Below are positions 57,293-64,000 of a DNA stretch of 64,000 nt, piece by piece. Both the position numbers and the translations under genes were made by a program. Every line of letters begins with the position of its first letter. The stretch's first letter is position 1. The notes below the pieces were generated by a model. That model made no database searches, had not been told where the DNA came from, and saw nothing but the letters and a program-made list of their open reading frames with translations. Source of the DNA: Alphaproteobacteria bacterium. Its GTDB lineage: Bacteria; Pseudomonadota; Alphaproteobacteria; UBA828. The stretch is from contig CBDCQT010000011.1 in assembly GCA_965220745.1 (NCBI GenBank), forward strand, positions 576,001-640,000, written 5' to 3'.

Positions 57293-57321
57293 ATTGTAAT
57301 ACGTAATACGACGTTTGTCAA
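57293..57321 (-). promoter_or_regulatory. Near-consensus sigma70 promoter of higA with overlapping putative operator
   Basis: TTGACA-N17-TACAAT. The spacer and -10 carry tandem GTATTAC-GTATTAC. Confidence 0.8.
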
Positions 57322-57401
57322 CGTGCACCTGAAGCGTGGCCCTACCCGCGACAAGCTGACTCAGGCCGTCGAAGGCATGGAAATTGTCGCCTGTCGCGGC
57401 G

Positions 57402-57430
57402 TTGACGCTCCTGGGGGCGCTCACTACATT
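57402..57430 (+). promoter_or_regulatory. Putative promoter of hrcA-grpE
   Basis: TTGACG-N17-TACATT, 32 nt before the GTG start. Confidence 0.55.
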
Positions 57431-57462
57431 CAGGCCGCCCACCATAAGGACGAGATTGCAAG

Positions 57463-58500
57463 GTGTTGCGCGAACTGACCGACCGCTCGCGGGAGGTGCT
57501 CCGCCGGCTGGTCGAGGAATTCATGGAAACCGGACAACCGGTGGGCTCGCGCACGCTCTCTCGCCGGCTCACAACCCCGGTCTCGCCCGCGACGGTGCGC
57601 AACGTCATGGCCGACCTGGAGGATGCCGGCCTGCTTTATGCGCCGCATGTCTCGGCGGGGCGCCTGCCGACCCAGCTGGGCTTGCGCATATACGTGGACG
57701 GCCTGCTGGAGCTGGGCAGGCTCACCGAAGACGAGCGCGCCAGCATCGAGGGCAAGTGCCGGGCGGCGGGGCGCACGGTGGAGGAGATGCTGACCGAGAC
57801 CACCGAAGCGCTTTCGGGCCTCTCGGGCTGCGCGGGGCTGGTGCTCGCGCCCAAGGCCGACGTGCCGTGCCGCCAGGTGGAGTTCGTGAGCCTCAGCCAG
57901 GGGCGCGCGCTCGCGGTCATGGTGACGGAGACGGGGCTGGTCGAGAACCGGGTGATCGACGTGCCGCCCGGCATGACCCAATCGCACCTGAGCCGCGCCA
58001 CCAACTACCTGAACGCGCGGCTTGCCGACCGCACCCTCGCCGAGCTCGGCGACGAAATCCGCACCGAAATCGAGGAGCACCGGGCCCAGCTCGACGATCT
58101 CACCGCTCGCGTCGTCGAAGCCGGGATCGCCGAATGGTCGAATGGGGCGCGCGAGCACGGCAGCCTGATCGTGCGCGGCCGGGCCAACCTGATCGAGGAT
58201 GTCACCGCGCTCGCGGACCTCGAACGCATCCGGCAGCTGTTCGACGCGCTGGAGGAGAGGAACGACTTCATCAAGCTGCTGGAGAGCACCGAAGGCGCGG
58301 ATGGGGTCCAGATCTTCATCGGGGCGGAAAGCACGCTCTTCGCCTCCACCGGCTGCTCCATGGTGGTCGCGCCCTATCGCGATTCCGAGGCGCGCTTCAT
58401 CGGGGCCATCGGCGTGATTGGGCCGACCCGGATCAACTATGGCCGCATCATCCCGATGGTCGATCACACGGCCGCCATCATCGGCCGGGTGCTCGGGTGA
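57463..58500 (+). CDS. hrcA: Heat-inducible transcription repressor
   Basis: TGQPVGSR, SPATVRNVMADLE, PHVSAGRLPT, IFIG.E, GVIGPTRINY. Confidence 0.97.
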   Translation: MLRELTDRSREVLRRLVEEFMETGQPVGSRTLSRRLTTPVSPATVRNVMADLEDAGLLYAPHVSAGRLPTQLGLRIYVDGLLELGRLTEDERASIEGKCRAAGRTVEEMLTETTEALSGLSGCAGLVLAPKADVPCRQVEFVSLSQGRALAVMVTETGLVENRVIDVPPGMTQSHLSRATNYLNARLADRTLAELGDEIRTEIEEHRAQLDDLTARVVEAGIAEWSNGAREHGSLIVRGRANLIEDVTALADLERIRQLFDALEERNDFIKLLESTEGADGVQIFIGAESTLFASTGCSMVVAPYRDSEARFIGAIGVIGPTRINYGRIIPMVDHTAAIIGRVLG

Positions 58501-58562
58501 GCGAGGGCAAATCGCGCCCGGCGCGACGGCGCCCGTGGGCGCGGAAGGAAACGAAGGAGACC

Positions 58563-59297
58563 ATGCAGGACGAGACCGAACGGGCCGAGCCCGAACGAGC
58601 AGAGCCCGAACAGGCGGGACCTGAAACCGACGCCGCCGACCGGCCCGCAGAGCAGAGCAACGCGGGCGACGCCGAGGAGAACGCCGAGGACGCGGACGCT
58701 CTGGAAGCGCCCGACGTTGAAGACGTTGCCGACGCCGAAGAGGATGAGGTGGAGGACGGGGAAGACGCGCTCAAGGATCAGCTCCTGCGCGCCCTTGCCG
58801 ATGCCGAGAACGCGCGGCGCAGGGCCAAGAAGGACGTGGACGACGCGCGAAACTACGCAATTTCGCGCTTCGCCCAGGACCTGTTGGGCGTCGCCGACAA
58901 TCTGGGCCGCGCACTGGAGAGCATTCCCGCCGAGCGGCGCGAGAGCGACGACGCGGTGAAGGCGATTGCCGAGGGCATCGAGATGACGGCGCGGGAGTTC
59001 GAGACGGCGCTGGGGCGCCACGGCATCACCAGGATCGACCCGCTGGGCGAGAAGTTCGACTACAACCTGCACCAGGCGCTGTTCGAGACCGCGGAGACGG
59101 ACCAGCCGGATGGCACCGTCGTCCAGGTCTTTCAGACGGGCTACAGGATCGGCGATCGCCTGCTGCGCGAGGCGATGGTGGGTGTGGCCAAGGGCGGCAC
59201 TCCACCGGCAGCAGACGACGAAGCCGATCCCGAGGCCGAAGCCGAGGCGGAGACCGGGTCGGACGGCGCGGACGCGCCGGCGGATGAGCCCTCATGA
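58563..59297 (+). CDS. grpE: Nucleotide exchange factor GrpE
   Basis: LRALADAENARRR, DLL.VADNL.RA, FDYNLHQA, GY.IGDRLLR.AMV.V. AAGGAG RBS. Confidence 0.95.
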   Translation: MQDETERAEPERAEPEQAGPETDAADRPAEQSNAGDAEENAEDADALEAPDVEDVADAEEDEVEDGEDALKDQLLRALADAENARRRAKKDVDDARNYAISRFAQDLLGVADNLGRALESIPAERRESDDAVKAIAEGIEMTAREFETALGRHGITRIDPLGEKFDYNLHQALFETAETDQPDGTVVQVFQTGYRIGDRLLREAMVGVAKGGTPPAADDEADPEAEAEAETGSDGADAPADEPS

Positions 59298-59322
59298 GCC
59301 TGCAGACGCGCCGTTCTGGACG

Positions 59323-59350
59323 CTTGCAGGGCGCAAATCTGCACCCATAT
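59323..59350 (+). promoter_or_regulatory. RpoH (sigma32) promoter of dnaK-dnaJ
   Basis: CTTGCA-N15-CCCATAT. Confidence 0.7.
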
Positions 59351-59481
59351 TGACCATTGGACGCGGCGGTTGCCCGCCGCGAGGGGGGAGCCCCATGGGC
59401 ATGAGGCATGGGGCAAAGGACACGGGGCGCGAAGCGATGCATGACGTGGTCGTTCGGGCCTGCTGACAATAGGGACGAGAC

Positions 59482-61428
<1,947 letters not shown>

Positions 61429-61511
61429 GCCAGGGGCGGGCGGCTCCCGTGGGCGCGGAGGCTGTCGGCGGCCGTCGGGCTGTGGGCCACGCCCGAGCGG
61501 GGCGCTGAACC

Positions 61512-62651
61512 ATGGCCAAGGCCGACTATTACGACCTTCTCGGCGCCTCCCGCGACGCCAGCGAGGACGATCTCAAGAAGGCCTATCGCAAGCTCGCGAT
61601 GCAATACCATCCGGACCGCAATCCGGATGACCAGGCCGCCGAGCAGAAGTTCAAGGAGATTTCCGAGGCCTACCACGTGCTCTCCGACAAGGAGAAGCGT
61701 GCGGCCTACGACCGCTTCGGCCATGCCGCCTTCGACGGTGCGAGCGGGGGCCCCGGCGCGGGCGGATTCGACTTCGGCACGAGCTTTGCCGACGTCTTCG
61801 ACGACCTGTTCGGCGACTTCATGGGTGGCGGCCAACGCCGCGGCGGCCGGCGGCAGCCGGCCCGCGGGGCGGATCTCCGCTACAACATGGAGATCACGCT
61901 GGAGGACGCCTACAACGGCAAGCAGGCGACGATCCGCGTTCCCGGCACCGTGAACTGCGAGCCCTGCGGCGGCTCCGGCGCCCGCGCCGGCACTCGGCCT
62001 TCGGCCTGTGGGACCTGCGGCGGCGCAGGCAAGGTGCGGGCGCAGCAGGGTTTCTTTACCATCGAGCGGACCTGCCCCACATGCCAGGGCGCGGGCCAGG
62101 TGATCGCCGACCCCTGCCCCAACTGCCGGGGCGCAGGCCGGGTGCAGAAGGAGAAGTCGCTCTCGGTCAACATCCCGACGGGTGTCGAGGACGGCACCCG
62201 CATCCGCCTCGCCGGCGAGGGCGAGGCCGGCGCGCGTGGCGCCCCGCCGGGCGATCTCTACATCTTCCTGTCGGTCGAGCCGCACCCCATCTTCCAGCGC
62301 GACGCGATGCACGTTCACTGCCGCGTGCCTATCCCGATGACCACGGCGGCGCTCGGCGGAGCGGTCGAAGTGCCGACGGTTGGCGGCAGCCGCGCGCGGG
62401 TCACGGTGCCGGCGGGCACCCAGTCGGGGCACCAGTTCCGCTTGCGCGGCAAGGGCATGCCGGCGTTGCGGGGCTCCGGCCACGGCGACATGTACATCGA
62501 GGTCGCGGTGGAGACGCCGGTCAACCTCAGCAAGCGTCAGAAGGAGCTGCTGAAGCAGTTCAACGAGCAGGGCGGCTCACGCCCGACCAGCCCGGAGTCC
62601 GAAGGCTTCTTCTCCAAGGTGAAGGAGCTCTGGGAGGACCTGAAGGACTAG
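61512..62651 (+). CDS. dnaJ: Chaperone DnaJ
   Basis: J-domain HPD, G/F region, four CxxCxGxG repeats. Confidence 0.99.
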   Translation: MAKADYYDLLGASRDASEDDLKKAYRKLAMQYHPDRNPDDQAAEQKFKEISEAYHVLSDKEKRAAYDRFGHAAFDGASGGPGAGGFDFGTSFADVFDDLFGDFMGGGQRRGGRRQPARGADLRYNMEITLEDAYNGKQATIRVPGTVNCEPCGGSGARAGTRPSACGTCGGAGKVRAQQGFFTIERTCPTCQGAGQVIADPCPNCRGAGRVQKEKSLSVNIPTGVEDGTRIRLAGEGEAGARGAPPGDLYIFLSVEPHPIFQRDAMHVHCRVPIPMTTAALGGAVEVPTVGGSRARVTVPAGTQSGHQFRLRGKGMPALRGSGHGDMYIEVAVETPVNLSKRQKELLKQFNEQGGSRPTSPESEGFFSKVKELWEDLKD

Positions 62652-62844
62652 ATGCTCAATCTCCGTCGCACGGATGCCCGCGGCTAACGAGGCGTAGGAC
62701 CAGTGGAGGGCCGGGCTGGTAGGCCCGGACGGCGCGACTGCGCCGCGCGCCGAATGGCGCGTAGCGTCGCGCGTTCACGCGCGCGGAGCGCACGATCGAG
62801 CGGAGCGAGCGCCCGGCGCCTGAGGGATAGTGAAAGGGGAAGCG

Positions 62845-63645
62845 ATGCAGATCGGAATTCCGGGCGCCGCCGGGCGCATGGGCCAGGCGCTGACCCGTCA
62901 GGTAACAGCGACCGACGGCTGCACTGTGGTCGCCGCGACCGAGGTTCCCGACCATCCTGCGCTCGGACGGGACTGTGGCCCGCTTGCCGGGATCGAGCCG
63001 CTCGGCGTCGCGGTGGGCGACGACGCGCAGGCGATGTTCCGGGCCGCTGACGCGGTGCTCGACTTCACCCTGCCGGGAGCCGCCGCCCGCCACGCCGAGC
63101 TTGCGGCGGCCGAAGGCACGATGCTGGTGATCGGCACCACGGGCCTCGGTGCCAACGAGCAGACCGCGCTTGAGGCTGCGGCGGCGCAGGTCGCGGTGGT
63201 GCAGGCCCCCAACATGAGCCTGGCGGTCAATCTGCTGTTCAGGCTCACCGAGCAGGTCGCCGGCCTGCTGGACGACGACTACGACATCGAGATCGTCGAG
63301 ATGCACCACCGGCACAAGATCGACGCGCCGTCCGGCACGGCCTTGGGCCTCGGCCGGGCGGCGGCGCGAGGGCGCGGGGTCTCGTTCGATGAGGTCGCGG
63401 CGCGTGGTCGCGATGGCGTGATCGGTGCGCGTCCGCGAGGCGAGATCGGTTTAGCCGCGCTGCGCGGCGGCGATGTGACCGGCGAGCACAGCGTGATCTT
63501 CGCGGCCGACGGCGAGCGGCTGGAGCTGGCGGTTCGCTCGTCCAACCGGCAGACCTACGCCCGCGGCGCCGTGCAGGCCGCGCGCTGGGCAGCGGGGCGC
63601 GGGCCGGGCCTCTACACGATGGCGGACGTCCTCGGTCTCACCTAA
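62845..63645 (+). CDS. dapB: 4-hydroxy-tetrahydrodipicolinate reductase
   Basis: GAAGRMG, DFT, GTTG, EMHHRHKIDAPSGTA. Confidence 0.97.
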   Translation: MQIGIPGAAGRMGQALTRQVTATDGCTVVAATEVPDHPALGRDCGPLAGIEPLGVAVGDDAQAMFRAADAVLDFTLPGAAARHAELAAAEGTMLVIGTTGLGANEQTALEAAAAQVAVVQAPNMSLAVNLLFRLTEQVAGLLDDDYDIEIVEMHHRHKIDAPSGTALGLGRAAARGRGVSFDEVAARGRDGVIGARPRGEIGLAALRGGDVTGEHSVIFAADGERLELAVRSSNRQTYARGAVQAARWAAGRGPGLYTMADVLGLT

Positions 63646-63669
63646 TTACCTCCACCCGTCGCAATCCTG

Positions 63670-64000
63670 TCAAACCTGCTTGGCCTCGATCACGCCGCGC
63701 CGGATCGCGCGGGTGCGGGTGAAGAGCGTCTCCAGATAGGCGCCGTCGCCGCGCCGGATGGCGCGCTGCAGCGCCGAGAGGTCCTCGCTGAAGCGGCCCA
63801 GCATCTCCAGCACGGCCTCCCGATTCGTTAGGAAGATGTCGCGCCACATGATCGGATCCGAGGCGGCGATGCGCGTGAAGTCCCGGAATCCGGCCGCTGC
63901 GTACTTGAACACCTCTTCCTTGGTCTCCTCCTCGAGGTCGGTGACCGTGCCGACGATGTTGTAGGCGATCAGGTGCGGCAGGTGCGAGGTGATGGCGAGC
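63670..64000 (-). CDS. tyrA: Prephenate/cyclohexadienyl dehydrogenase (C-terminal part only)
   Basis: LAITSHLPHLIAY...AAGFRDFTRIAASDP.MWRDIF. Confidence 0.92.
   Translation of the reverse strand, partial: LAITSHLPHLIAYNIVGTVTDLEEETKEEVFKYAAAGFRDFTRIAASDPIMWRDIFLTNREAVLEMLGRFSEDLSALQRAIRRGDGAYLETLFTRTRAIRRGVIEAKQV

Noticed and set aside
58579-58620. Short repeat in the grpE 5' end (ERAEP-ERAEP-EQAGP)
   Set aside because: Ordinary low-complexity expansion in the disordered GrpE N-terminus.

Overview
High-GC bacterial chromosome segment. Gene content (trxB-LysR, aap/bzt ABC operon, lpoA-like/rsmI/yraN/BON/gshB, rne, hrcA-grpE-dnaK-dnaJ-dapB) points to an alphaproteobacterium. Bases 1-33.7 kb form an accessory catabolic region with six hydantoinase/oxoprolinase-family genes: two ATP-binding A subunits and four B subunits, three of them close paralogs with basic N-terminal tails. 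They are interleaved with a PhyH-type dioxygenase, an HMGS-like/DUF35-thiolase-MaoC-SDR operon, a Liv-type ABC importer, a class III aminotransferase, acyl-CoA ligase and dehydrogenase, two SnoaL/NTF2 proteins, a cupin, a PPOX-like protein and a YhfX-like PLP protein. This looks like a multi-substrate cyclic-amide (lactam) catabolic system, but that is inference. Bases 33.8-64 kb are mostly housekeeping. They include a candidate six-hairpin sRNA with an anti-SD motif and a LysR box downstream of trxB-lysR, a tRNA-Gly(GCC), and an orphan HigA antitoxin with its own consensus promoter. I saw no CRISPR array, integrase, transposase or rRNA. All calls come from reading motifs by eye; no database search was run.
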